Shown here piece after piece: positions 18,422 to 27,254 of a stretch of DNA of 64,000 nt. A program made the position numbers and the translations under genes. The stretch comes from an uncultured delta proteobacterium (GTDB lineage Bacteria; Desulfobacterota; Desulfobaccia; Desulfobaccales; 0-14-0-80-60-11), in the NCBI GenBank assembly GCA_963812655.1, contig CAWEWX010000039.1:159832-223831 (forward strand), read 5' to 3'. A model generated the notes under the pieces. The model saw only the letters and a list, made by a program, of their open reading frames with translations, had not been told where the DNA came from and made no database searches. How positions within the stretch are numbered: the first letter of the stretch is position 1; each line of letters starts with the position of its first letter.

Positions 18422-18651
18422 TATCTTAACCTCCAAAACTTTGATCTGACGGCAACTCAAAGTATTGGGCAATAGCTGAGATCATGCGGCTAACCTTGAC
18501 CGCCGCAGTCCCCCAAAGGTTTTTGGGCTCATTGGCCCGGGAAAACCCCCTAAAACATATTGAATATTAATAACTCAAGTTTCGCACCCCTGAATTTAGT
18601 ACACAGGCGGGACGCCTAGGCTACCTGCTGTGTAGTCAGTAAGTTTCTGCA

Positions 18652-20472
18652 TCACTGCGCGGAGCCCTGCATCCCGGGGTGGGCGCCGCCCACCAATAGG
18701 GCCGGCTCCTTATCCTCCTCCCGGGCGAACTGAATTTCGTAGAGGCGGCGGTAGAGGCCGCCGGCGGCCAGGAGGTCGGCGTGCCGGCCGCTCTCCACCA
18801 CCCGGCCCTCTTCCAGGACCACGATGCGCTGGGCATTCCTGACCGTGGACAGGCGGTGGGCGATGACCAGGGTAGTGCGCCCCGCGATCAGCCGGTCCAG
18901 GGCCTGCTGCACCTCCCGCTCGGATTCGGAGTCCAGCGACGAGGTGGCCTCGTCCAGGATAAGGATGGGCGGGTCTTTGAGGAGGGCCCGGGCGATGGCC
19001 AGGCGCTGGCGTTCGCCGCCGGAGAGGCGCACCCCTTGCTCGCCGATGACCGTATCCAGGCCCCGGGGCAGGGCCGCCACAAAATCATAGGCGTGGGCGG
19101 ATTTCAGGGCCGCCAGGATTTCTTCTTCCCCGGCCGCCAGCGCGCCGTAGGCCACGTTGTAGCGCACCGTGTCGTTGAATAAAATGGTCTGCTGGGTGAC
19201 CACCCCGATCTGGGCCCGCAGGGACGCAAGGGTCACTTCCCGGAGGTCCCGGCCGTCGATGAGGATGGCTCCCCCGGTTACCTCGTAGAACCGGGGCAAC
19301 AGGTTCAGCAGGGTGGATTTGCCGGCCCCGGAGGGACCCACCAGGGCCACGATTTCGCCCCGGCCCACCGTGAGGTTAACGTCGTGCAAGACCGGGCGGC
19401 CCTGGTCATAGGCGAAGCTGACCCCCTGAAAGACGATTTCTCCTTGCAGGGGGGTAAGGGCCGCGGCCCCCGGGCGGTCCTGGATCTCCGGCACCCGGTC
19501 CATCAGGCCGAAGACCCGCGTGGCGGCGGCCAGACCCTCCTGGACAATGTTCTGCACCGCGCTCAGGCTCTTGATGGGCTGGTAGAGCATGAGCAGGGCC
19601 GCCAGGAAGGAAAAGAAGGTGCCCGGGGTGGAGGTCCCCCGGATGACCGCGTAACCGCCGTAAAAGATGATGCCCGCCATCCCCAGGGAGCCCAGGAACT
19701 CCATGGTGGGGGGAGAGAGCTCCCGGACCGCGTTGAGGCGCATGCGGGTACGGAAATAGTCCCAGTTGGCCCCCCAAAAGCGGCGCTCCTCGAAGTCCTC
19801 CCGGGCGAAGGCCTTGACGATCCTCTGTCCCGCCAGGCTCTCCTGGAGCACCGTGTAGAGGCGGGCGTTGACTACCTGGGTGTCATGGGAGACGAGGCGG
19901 GTGCGTTTCCCCAGCCAGAGGATGAGCGCCACGGCCAGGGGAAAGACCGCCATGGCCAGCAGGGCCAGGCGCCAATCCCGGTAGAAGATCACCGCGCTCA
20001 GCCCCAGGACGGTGAAGGAATCCTTGAAGAAACTGGTCACCACCCGGGTCATGGCGTCCTGCAGCAGGTTGACGTCGTAGGTGAGGCGGCTCATCAGGGT
20101 GCCGGTGGCCTCGCCGTCGAAGAAGGACAGGGGCTGACGCTGCAAGGAGGCAAAGAGCTGGTCCCTGAGGGTGGTGACGGTGGCGTTGCCGATGTAGCTC
20201 ATCTGGTAGTTGTGGGTGTAGGACAGGAAGCCCTTGACGGCGTAAAGCAGGACGATCAGGGGCGGCAGCAGGTAGAGCATCCGTTCTTTGTGCCCGAAGA
20301 AGACGTCGTCCAGGACCGGTTTTACCAGATAGGCCAAAGCCGCGGTGAGCGCCGAGACCCCCAGCATGGCCAGGATCGCCGCGATCATCCGGAATTTGTG
20401 GGGCTTCAGATAAGCTAAGAGGCGCCAATATAAGCGCAGGTCGTCTCTGTACATGGCCGGCCGGATCACCAA
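18652..20472 (-). CDS. msbA: Lipid A export ABC transporter (fused permease/ATPase)
   Basis: Six-TM exporter domain followed by Walker A GPSGAGKST, signature LSGGERQR and Walker B ILILDEATS. Position next to lpxK fits msbA. An alternative start is ATG 20454. Confidence 0.85.
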   Translation of the reverse strand: MVIRPAMYRDDLRLYWRLLAYLKPHKFRMIAAILAMLGVSALTAALAYLVKPVLDDVFFGHKERMLYLLPPLIVLLYAVKGFLSYTHNYQMSYIGNATVTTLRDQLFASLQRQPLSFFDGEATGTLMSRLTYDVNLLQDAMTRVVTSFFKDSFTVLGLSAVIFYRDWRLALLAMAVFPLAVALILWLGKRTRLVSHDTQVVNARLYTVLQESLAGQRIVKAFAREDFEERRFWGANWDYFRTRMRLNAVRELSPPTMEFLGSLGMAGIIFYGGYAVIRGTSTPGTFFSFLAALLMLYQPIKSLSAVQNIVQEGLAAATRVFGLMDRVPEIQDRPGAAALTPLQGEIVFQGVSFAYDQGRPVLHDVNLTVGRGEIVALVGPSGAGKSTLLNLLPRFYEVTGGAILIDGRDLREVTLASLRAQIGVVTQQTILFNDTVRYNVAYGALAAGEEEILAALKSAHAYDFVAALPRGLDTVIGEQGVRLSGGERQRLAIARALLKDPPILILDEATSSLDSESEREVQQALDRLIAGRTTLVIAHRLSTVRNAQRIVVLEEGRVVESGRHADLLAAGGLYRRLYEIQFAREEDKEPALLVGGAHPGMQGSAQ

Positions 20473-20659
20473 CCCTTTTTGAGTTTTGAGTTGCAGGGGC
20501 AGATCCAGGTGTCCGCCCTGAGCTTTTTCTAGTTTCCCAAATTGGAACTTGGGAACGCGGTAATGGGAAAACCTGTGCTTAGAAACCTTTTGTTTCTCAA
20601 AATATATCTTATAAATGGGGATTTTTCCAGCAAAAACCCGGAAGAGGAAGGGCAGGATA

Positions 20660-20880
20660 GGTGCGGCGCAGTAGGGGCGACTGTTAGTGTAGGGTGGGCA
20701 CTGCCACCTTTTCCTTAAAGTGGCACAGGCTTCCAGCCTGTGATGGGTCGCCCAGCTTAACAGGGGCCGGGGCTGGCGGGGTAATCACCAGGATTATATG
20801 AAAACGGGGCGACACGATCACAGGCGGAAGCTGTGCCACTGTCGCCCCTGCGACCCAGCGGTTCGCCCCTTCCTGTAGCC
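20660..20880. repeat. Cluster of palindromic REP units (GGCACAGGCTTCCAGCCTGTG family, GTAGGGGCGAC family, GGTGGGCACTGCC family)
   Basis: Units read directly. The same families recur at 22027..22100, 28611..28632, 32810..32960, 54690..54740 and 57598..57655. Confidence 0.8.
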
Positions 20881-20958
20881 ATCCGCCATCCCGGTTGACA
20901 GGGACGCCCGGGTTTGGGATAACTAGCTTAACAAGCCAACGGCTCAGGATTCTCTCCC

Positions 20959-21903
20959 ATGGTAATGGTCATTTTTTCCTTGCTGATGGCCCTGTGGCTC
21001 TGGCCCGGGGGACTGGGGGCCGGCCTGGTGGCGGCCCCGCCCCCGGCGCCACCCGGCGACACGGTGCGCTTTCCCTACTTCCGGGTGCCGGAAGGCGTCT
21101 ATCTCTGCGGTGAGCCCGTGCCTCTGGACGATCCCGCAGTCAGAGAGGACCTGGACCGGGAATTGACCATCGACATCTGGAGCCGGGCCCAGACCACCAT
21201 GTGGATCAAGCGGGCCCACCGCTACCTGCCGGAGGTGGAAGAGAAGCTCCGGTCCCGGCGGCTGCCCCTGGACCTGCAATACGTGGCCATCATCGAAAGC
21301 GACCTGCGCCCCACGGCCAGGTCCTCCGTGGGCGCCACGGGTCCCTGGCAGTTCATGGCTCCCACCGCCCAGCGCTTTCAGTTGACTTGCAACCAGGCCG
21401 TGGACGAACGCCTCGATTTTGGCGCGGCCACCGACGCGGCGCTCTCCTATTTGCAGCGCCTTTACCAGATCTTCCACGACTGGCCCCTGGCCCTGGCGGC
21501 CTATAACTGCGGGGAAGCCCGGGTGCAGAAAGAGATGGCCATCCAGGGGGTGAACTCCTTTTACCGCCTGAGCCTGCCGGAGGAGACGGAGCGCTACGTC
21601 CACCGCCTGCTGGCGGCCAAGATCGTCCTGGAGGACCCGGCCCGCTACGGTTACGATATTCCCGCGGACCAGCTCTACCCGCCCCTGGCCTCTGACGAGG
21701 TCAGCATCACCCTGGCGAAGGCCCTTACGGTGCGGCGCCTGGCAGAGGCCTGCGGCAGTTATTACAAGGCCCTCAAGACCCTGAACCCCTGGATCAAAGG
21801 GGCGGAGCTGCCGCCCGGGAGCTACCGCCTCAATCTCCCCAAGGGTTCGGCGAGCCGCTTCCAGGAGGCCTGGCGGCGCGGATTGGTTAGCAGTGAGCAG
21901 TGA
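20959..21903 (+). CDS. Lytic transglycosylase (SLT domain)
   Basis: AIIESDLRP (catalytic Glu-Ser), GATGPWQFM, and AAYNCGEARV are SLT motifs. Hydrophobic N-terminus. Confidence 0.8.
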   Translation: MVMVIFSLLMALWLWPGGLGAGLVAAPPPAPPGDTVRFPYFRVPEGVYLCGEPVPLDDPAVREDLDRELTIDIWSRAQTTMWIKRAHRYLPEVEEKLRSRRLPLDLQYVAIIESDLRPTARSSVGATGPWQFMAPTAQRFQLTCNQAVDERLDFGAATDAALSYLQRLYQIFHDWPLALAAYNCGEARVQKEMAIQGVNSFYRLSLPEETERYVHRLLAAKIVLEDPARYGYDIPADQLYPPLASDEVSITLAKALTVRRLAEACGSYYKALKTLNPWIKGAELPPGSYRLNLPKGSASRFQEAWRRGLVSSEQ

Positions 21904-21927
21904 GCAGTAAGCAGTGAGCAGTGAGCG
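21888..21927. repeat. Tandem heptanucleotide array (CAGTGAG/CAGTAAG)n
   Basis: ttagcagtgagcagtgagcagtaagcagtgagcagtgagc. Overlaps the stop codon of the transglycosylase gene. Confidence 0.9.
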
Positions 21928-22107
21928 GCGGGGCGGGGCTCCGGGAACGATTCTCGCTCGCCAGGCCAGGTCGGTGCGGCGGCTGCAATTCCGGCGGCCA
22001 CAGGCCGCCCTAGATGGGCTATGATTTGGTGGGCAGTGCCCACCCTACACGGGGGACCCGATCACAGGCTGGAAGCCTGTGCCACTGTCGCCCCTACAGG
22101 GGAGAGG

Positions 22108-23445
22108 ATGGCCCAGGCAGTAAAAGAAAAGGCTTCCTTGCTGATCACCGGGGCCTGGGTGCTGACCCAGAATGAGGCCCGGGAGGTCGTGGCCCCCGGG
22201 GCGGTGGCCATCCGGGGCGCGGAGATCGCCGCGGTGGGGCCGAAGGCGGCGCTCCTGGCCCGCTTCGCCCCGGAGCGGGTGCTCGATTATCCCCAGGGAC
22301 TGATCATCCCGGGCTTGATCAACGCCCACACCCACGCGGCCATGTCCCTGTTCCGGGGCCTGGCGGACGACCTGCCCCTGGAGACCTGGCTTAACTCTTA
22401 CATCTTCCCGGCGGAATCTCTGCTTACCGGCGAGTTCGTCTATTGGGGCGCCAGGCTGGCCATCGCCGAGATGCTGCTCTCCGGCACCACCACCTTCTGC
22501 GACATGTACCTGTTCGCGGATGCGGTGGCCCGGGCCGCGGCGGAAACCGGCATCCGGGCGGTGGTGGGGGAGGTGCTCTACGACTTTCCCTCGCCCAACT
22601 ACGGGCCGGCGGCCGCGGGCCTAGCCTTCAGCGAGGAGCTGTGCCGCGCCTGGCGCGATCACCCCCGGGTGAGCGTGGCCATCCAGCCCCATGCGGTCTA
22701 TACCTGCTCCCCGGAGTTGCTGCAGCAATGCGGCCAACTGGCGGCGAGCTATGATCGCCGTTTGATTATCCACCTGGCTGAGACTGAGCGGGAGGTTAAG
22801 GACTGCCTGGCGCGGTACGGCGCTACCCCGGTGGCCCACCTGCACCGCCTGGGTTTGCTCAGCCCGCGGTTGCTGGCGGACCACGCGGTGGTCTTGACCG
22901 AGGCGGATCAGGAACTGCTGGCCGCGGCCGGCGCCGGGGTGGCCCATTGCCCGGAAAGCAACATGAAGCTGGCCTCGGGCCTCGCCCCGGTGGTGGACCT
23001 CTTAAGGCGCGGGGTGCCCGTGGGCCTGGGGACCGACGGCTGCGCCTCCAACAACAACCTGGACCTGATCCAGGAGATGGACGCGGCGGCCAAGCTCCAG
23101 AAGCTGCGCTACCTGGACCCCACCGTGCTGCCGGCCACCACCGCCCTGGATCTGGCCACCCGGGGCAGCGCCCGGGTCCTGGGTCTGGAAGGCCGGGTGG
23201 GGGCCCTCAGCCCCGGGATGATGGCGGACCTGGTGGTCCTGGACCTGGATCAGCCCCACCTGACGCCGCTGTACGACCCCTATTCCCATCTGGTCTATGC
23301 GGCGGGCGGGGGCGATGTCCAGACTGTGGTGGTCCATGGCCAGGTGGTGGTCCAGGACCGCCGGCTCCTCACCTTCGACCTTAAGGAGACCCTGGCCCGG
23401 ACCCGGGAACTGGCCCGGGCCCTGGGGGCCGGACCGGCGCGCTAG
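22108..23445 (+). CDS. mtaD: Amidohydrolase, 5-methylthioadenosine/S-adenosylhomocysteine deaminase-like
   Basis: GLINAHTHAAMSLFRGLADDLPLETWL and the downstream HLAET...H and GTDG motifs. ATG 22108 follows GGAGAGG. The longer ORF-track start (22021) lies inside REP sequence. Confidence 0.85.
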   Translation: MAQAVKEKASLLITGAWVLTQNEAREVVAPGAVAIRGAEIAAVGPKAALLARFAPERVLDYPQGLIIPGLINAHTHAAMSLFRGLADDLPLETWLNSYIFPAESLLTGEFVYWGARLAIAEMLLSGTTTFCDMYLFADAVARAAAETGIRAVVGEVLYDFPSPNYGPAAAGLAFSEELCRAWRDHPRVSVAIQPHAVYTCSPELLQQCGQLAASYDRRLIIHLAETEREVKDCLARYGATPVAHLHRLGLLSPRLLADHAVVLTEADQELLAAAGAGVAHCPESNMKLASGLAPVVDLLRRGVPVGLGTDGCASNNNLDLIQEMDAAAKLQKLRYLDPTVLPATTALDLATRGSARVLGLEGRVGALSPGMMADLVVLDLDQPHLTPLYDPYSHLVYAAGGGDVQTVVVHGQVVVQDRRLLTFDLKETLARTRELARALGAGPAR

Positions 23446-23575
23446 AGGCGGTTTGCTGTTTTCTGTAAAGTCAAAGGCAAAATCAAAGTCATAGGCGTTT
23501 TAGCAGAGACAGAAAACAGAAGACAGAAGACAGGTCTAATATGGGGCGGGAGCGGCCGATTAGCCGTTGGCGGCC

Positions 23576-23953
23576 TCAACTGCGGGCCACTAGAAAGACG
23601 CCCAGGCAGATGACCAGGATGCCGGCCATGCGGCTGAGGGTCACCGCTTCTCCGATGAGCACCCGGGCCAGGATGGCGGTGAAGACATAACCCAGGCTGA
23701 TGAGGGGGTAAGCGTAACTCACCTCCGCCTTGGCCAGGACCACCAGCCAGACCAGGAAGCCCAGACCGTAGCATACCACGCCGAGGAGGATATAGGGGTT
23801 GAAGGCCGCCCGGACAAACACCGGCGGCAGGGCGCTCAAAGACACGGCAAAGTTGCCCATCTTGGACATGCCAAATTTCAAAGAGAGCTGCCCTAAGACA
23901 TTGAGCCCCACGTCCAGCAGGATCAAGGCCAGCACCAGTTGGTTAACCATCAA
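23576..23953 (-). CDS. Small EamA/ArnE-like 4-TM membrane protein
   Basis: 125 aa with four hydrophobic segments and an SMR/EamA-like pattern (YAYPLISLGYVFTAILARVLIGE). Confidence 0.65.
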   Translation of the reverse strand: MMVNQLVLALILLDVGLNVLGQLSLKFGMSKMGNFAVSLSALPPVFVRAAFNPYILLGVVCYGLGFLVWLVVLAKAEVSYAYPLISLGYVFTAILARVLIGEAVTLSRMAGILVICLGVFLVARS

Positions 23954-24147
23954 GCGTTTCCTTGGGAAAAGGTTTGGTATAATGCCAGATTAAAAATGTA
24001 TTCTCGGAAAAGTAAGACCACGATGCAAGGAAATAATGCAGCCGCCATCGCCCCCGGCCGGCTCATCCGGCGTCTGGATCCCCGGACCAAGCTGGCCCTG
24101 CTGCCGCACGGGCTCGGTATGAGCCTCCCCGAACATATCCATATTTA

Positions 24148-25245
24148 ATGGCTAACATTAACGGATTCCTGAAAAACTCTCTCCTGGTGCTCCTGGGGCT
24201 GTTCTTCTCCTTGATCCTCCTGGAAGTCGCCCTGCGGATTCATCCGCCCTTTGAGATGCGGTTCAAGCCGGATCGGATCGTCCTGCCGGTGAATAAAAGA
24301 TATATTATTGACAACACTGAGAAGTTCCCCACCAAACTGCCCAAGACCACGGTACACACCAAAAATTCCCTGGGCTTCCGGGGAGCGCCACCGCCTGCCA
24401 ACTTTGCCGATTACCTCACCATCCTCACCATCGGCGGCAGCACCACCGAGTGCTTCTATCTCTCCGACGGCAAGACCTGGACCGATCTCCTGGGCCAGCA
24501 ACTGGCCCGGGATTTCCCCAGGCTCTGGATCAACAATGCCGGGCTGGACGGCGCCACCACTTACCGCCACCTCATCTTGATGGAAGATTACGTGGCCCAC
24601 TTAAAGCCCAAGGTGGTCTTGTTTCTGGTGGGGATCAACGACGTGGGGGTGGGAGACCTCAATTACCGGCCCCGAGCCGGATTCGGCGGCTGGATAAGAT
24701 CCCTGGCCAATAAGAGCGAGGTCTATTCCCTGGGATTGAACCTCTATCGCTATTCGGTGGCCCAAAGAAGGGGCCTGCTGCATCGGGAAGTGGACCTGAA
24801 AAAGCAGGGGGAAATTGAGGTGCCCGTAGAAATCCAACAGGAGACGCTGCGGAAATACCGGCAGGAATTCCTGCCCTATTACCGGGCCCGGCTGGAGAAG
24901 CTCATCCGGGTCAGCCGGATTAATGGCATCGTGCCGGTCTTCATCACCCAACCCACCCTCTACGGCCCGGGGATCGACCCGGCCACCGGGGTGGACCTGG
25001 GGAAGATCAGGCTGGGGGAGAACCTCAATGGCGCCCTGATGTTCGCGGTGGTGGAACTCTACAACGACACCTTGCGGCAAGTGGGGGCCGCAGAACAGGT
25101 CCCGGTCATCGACCTGGCCCGGCAGATGCCGCGCTCGTCGGTCTATTATTACGACTTCCTGCACTACACCGAGCCCGGGGCCCGGAAAGTGGCGGAGATC
25201 ATCTACCGGGATCTAAAGCCGTTTTTGGCCGAACGATTTGAATAA
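24148..25245 (+). CDS. SGNH/GDSL-family hydrolase with N-terminal membrane anchor
   Basis: Block I-like ILTIGGSTTE, GINDV block, and C-terminal D..H..(HYTEPG). N-terminal TM LLVLLGLFFSLILL. Confidence 0.65.
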   Translation: MANINGFLKNSLLVLLGLFFSLILLEVALRIHPPFEMRFKPDRIVLPVNKRYIIDNTEKFPTKLPKTTVHTKNSLGFRGAPPPANFADYLTILTIGGSTTECFYLSDGKTWTDLLGQQLARDFPRLWINNAGLDGATTYRHLILMEDYVAHLKPKVVLFLVGINDVGVGDLNYRPRAGFGGWIRSLANKSEVYSLGLNLYRYSVAQRRGLLHREVDLKKQGEIEVPVEIQQETLRKYRQEFLPYYRARLEKLIRVSRINGIVPVFITQPTLYGPGIDPATGVDLGKIRLGENLNGALMFAVVELYNDTLRQVGAAEQVPVIDLARQMPRSSVYYYDFLHYTEPGARKVAEIIYRDLKPFLAERFE

Positions 25246-25379
25246 ACAGAATCTCACGCCGAGGCGCCAGGGATAAGAGTTCAAAGTCCAAAAGCTCAAA
25301 GATGGGGATGTTGTCAACCTTAAACCTTGAATCTTGAACTTCTGTTCATCCCCCCATTTTTCCCTTGCTGTCAGCTTCC

Positions 25380-26960
25380 TCACTTTGGACTGGCCGCCAG
25401 GATGGCCTGGTCCACGCTGCCCTCATACTGGGTGAAATTTTCCCGAAACCGTCCCGCCAGCTCCAGGGCCACCTTCTCGTAGGCACCGCGGTCGGCCCAG
25501 ACCTTCTCGGGGAAGAGGATGTCATCCGGCACCCCCGGGCAGCGGCTGGGCACCATCAGGCCGAAGAAGGGCTCATGGTAGGTCTCCATCTGGTCCAGTT
25601 TCCCGGACATGGCGGCCCGCAACAGGGCGCGGGAGTGGGCGATTTCGATGCGATGGCCCACCCCGAAGGGGCCCCGGGTCCAGCCGGTGTTTACCAGCCA
25701 GCAGGTGGGCCGGTGCAGGGTCACCATCTCCCGGAACAGATGGGCATAGACTGCGGGTGGCATGGGCAGGAAGGGCGCTCCAAAGCAAGTGCTGAAGGTC
25801 GCCTGGGGTTCCTTGCCCAGGCCCCGCTCCGTACCCGCCACCTTGGCGGTGTAGCCGGAGAGGAAATGGTAGGTGGCCTGCTCCGGGGTCAGGCGGGCGA
25901 TGGGAGGCAGCACCCCGAAGGCGTCGCAGGCCAGCATGAAGATGTGCTGCGGATGGACCCCCACCCCGGCCCGGACGATGTTGCGCAGATGGGTGATGGG
26001 ATAGGCGGCCCGGGTGTTCTCCGTCAGGCTGGCGTCGTCCAGGTCCAGGCGGCGGCTGGCCAGGTCGATGCCGACGTTTTCCAGAATGGTCCCGAATTTT
26101 CGGGTGCACTCGTAGATCTCCGGCTCGGCCGTGTGGCTCAGGCGGATCGCCTTGGCGTAGCAGCCCCCCTCGAAATTGAAGATGCCGCCATGGCCCCAGC
26201 CGTGTTCGTCGTCGCCGATGAGCTTCCGCTCCGGGTCGGCGGACAGGCTGGTCTTACCGGTGCCCGAGAGGCCGAAGAACAGGGCGGTGTCCCCGTGTTT
26301 GCCCTGGTTGGCGGAACAGTGCATGGACAGCACTTCCTTCTGGGGCAGGTAGTAATTGAGGATGCTAAACACCGATTTCTTGATCTCCCCGGCATAGGAA
26401 GTGCCACCGATCAAGACCAGCTTCTGGGCGAAGTTTACCAGAATGAAGGCCTCGGAATTGGTGCCGTCGAGCTCCGGGACCGCGTGGAAGCCCGGGGCGG
26501 CGATAATGGTGAAATCCGGGCCGAGATGTTGATGGTCCTGGTGATCCCCCGGGGCCAGGAACATGTTGCGGGCAAACAGGTTTTGCCAGGCGGTGGCGGT
26601 GATCAGGCGGATGTTCATCTGGTAGTTCAGATCGGCGCCGGCATGGCGGTCCTGGACAAAGATCTCCCTGCCCTGGAGGTAGGCCAACAGCCGGTAATGG
26701 ATGAGATCGAATTTTTCCGGGGTGAATGCCTGGTTTTCCCCGCCCCAATGGATCTTGGAGGCGCTGCTAGGCTCCTGGACGATGAACTTATCCTTGGGAG
26801 AGCGGCCGGTATAGGCCCCGGTGCGCACCACCACCGGCCCCAGGTGGGCGATGAGGCCCTCCTGCCGGGAAACGATCTTCTCATACAAGGCCGAAGTGGG
26901 CAGGTTCCAGTGAACCGCGGCCACGTTTCTGATGCCGTGATGCGTCAGATCTTTCTTCAT
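25380..26960 (-). CDS. pckA: Phosphoenolpyruvate carboxykinase (ATP)
   Basis: Kinase-1a motif GLSGTGKTSLS followed by LIGDDEHGW. Length is typical. Confidence 0.95.
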   Translation of the reverse strand: MKKDLTHHGIRNVAAVHWNLPTSALYEKIVSRQEGLIAHLGPVVVRTGAYTGRSPKDKFIVQEPSSASKIHWGGENQAFTPEKFDLIHYRLLAYLQGREIFVQDRHAGADLNYQMNIRLITATAWQNLFARNMFLAPGDHQDHQHLGPDFTIIAAPGFHAVPELDGTNSEAFILVNFAQKLVLIGGTSYAGEIKKSVFSILNYYLPQKEVLSMHCSANQGKHGDTALFFGLSGTGKTSLSADPERKLIGDDEHGWGHGGIFNFEGGCYAKAIRLSHTAEPEIYECTRKFGTILENVGIDLASRRLDLDDASLTENTRAAYPITHLRNIVRAGVGVHPQHIFMLACDAFGVLPPIARLTPEQATYHFLSGYTAKVAGTERGLGKEPQATFSTCFGAPFLPMPPAVYAHLFREMVTLHRPTCWLVNTGWTRGPFGVGHRIEIAHSRALLRAAMSGKLDQMETYHEPFFGLMVPSRCPGVPDDILFPEKVWADRGAYEKVALELAGRFRENFTQYEGSVDQAILAASPK

Positions 26961-26979
26961 TTAGCGCCCCCTGCTTTGA

Positions 26980-27142
26980 TGCCCCAATCCTGAAATTTTT
27001 TGAGTATACTTCAAATTATTTAATCAGCCTATCACGAAAAATCAACTTGGGTTTTTACTATGCGCCAATCCTGAAATTTTCTGAGTATACCTCAGATTAT
27101 TTAATCAGCCCTATCACGAAAAATCAAGTTAGGCTTTTATTA
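26980..27142. repeat. Two tandem copies of an ~81-bp unit directly upstream of pckA, each with a short palindrome
   Basis: Copy 1 is 26980..27060 and copy 2 is 27061..27142, aligned by eye with few mismatches. Palindromes are TTGAGTATACTTCAA (27000..27014) and CTGAGTATACCTCAG (27081..27095). Confidence 0.85.
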
Positions 27143-27254
27143 CTCAGGGCGAAAAATTGATTACCTAGGGAGGTTTTATTTAATCCCCTCTCACCTGACG
27201 GAGGAGAGGCTTAGGGTGAGGGGAAGTTTAATCTCTTTTCCGCTCCCTTAATAA
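27134..27254. repeat. Composite intergenic element, copy 2 (same family as 6514..6704)
   Basis: TTATTACTCAGGGCGAAAAATTGATTACC..GGAGGTTTTATTTAATCCCCTCTCACC..GAGAGGCTTAGGGTGAGGGGAAGTTTAATCTCTTTTCCGCTCCCTTAATAA. Contains the stop codon and last codons of the methyltransferase ORF. Confidence 0.8.

Noticed and set aside
22021-22107. N-terminal extension of the MtaD-like deaminase in the ORF track (MIWWAVPTLHGGPDHRLEACATV...)
   Set aside because: The extension is encoded by GGTGGGCAGTGCCCACCCTAC and CACAGGCTGGAAGCCTGTGCCAC repeat units. A good RBS (GGAGAGG) precedes the internal ATG at 22108, where family homology begins.
25365-26993. 542-aa ORF on the plus strand covering the whole pckA locus
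   Set aside because: It is antisense shadow of a clearly identified gene in GC-rich DNA. The translation is Gly/Arg/Pro/Ala-rich and low-complexity, with no motif, whereas the minus-strand product has unmistakable PckA motifs.
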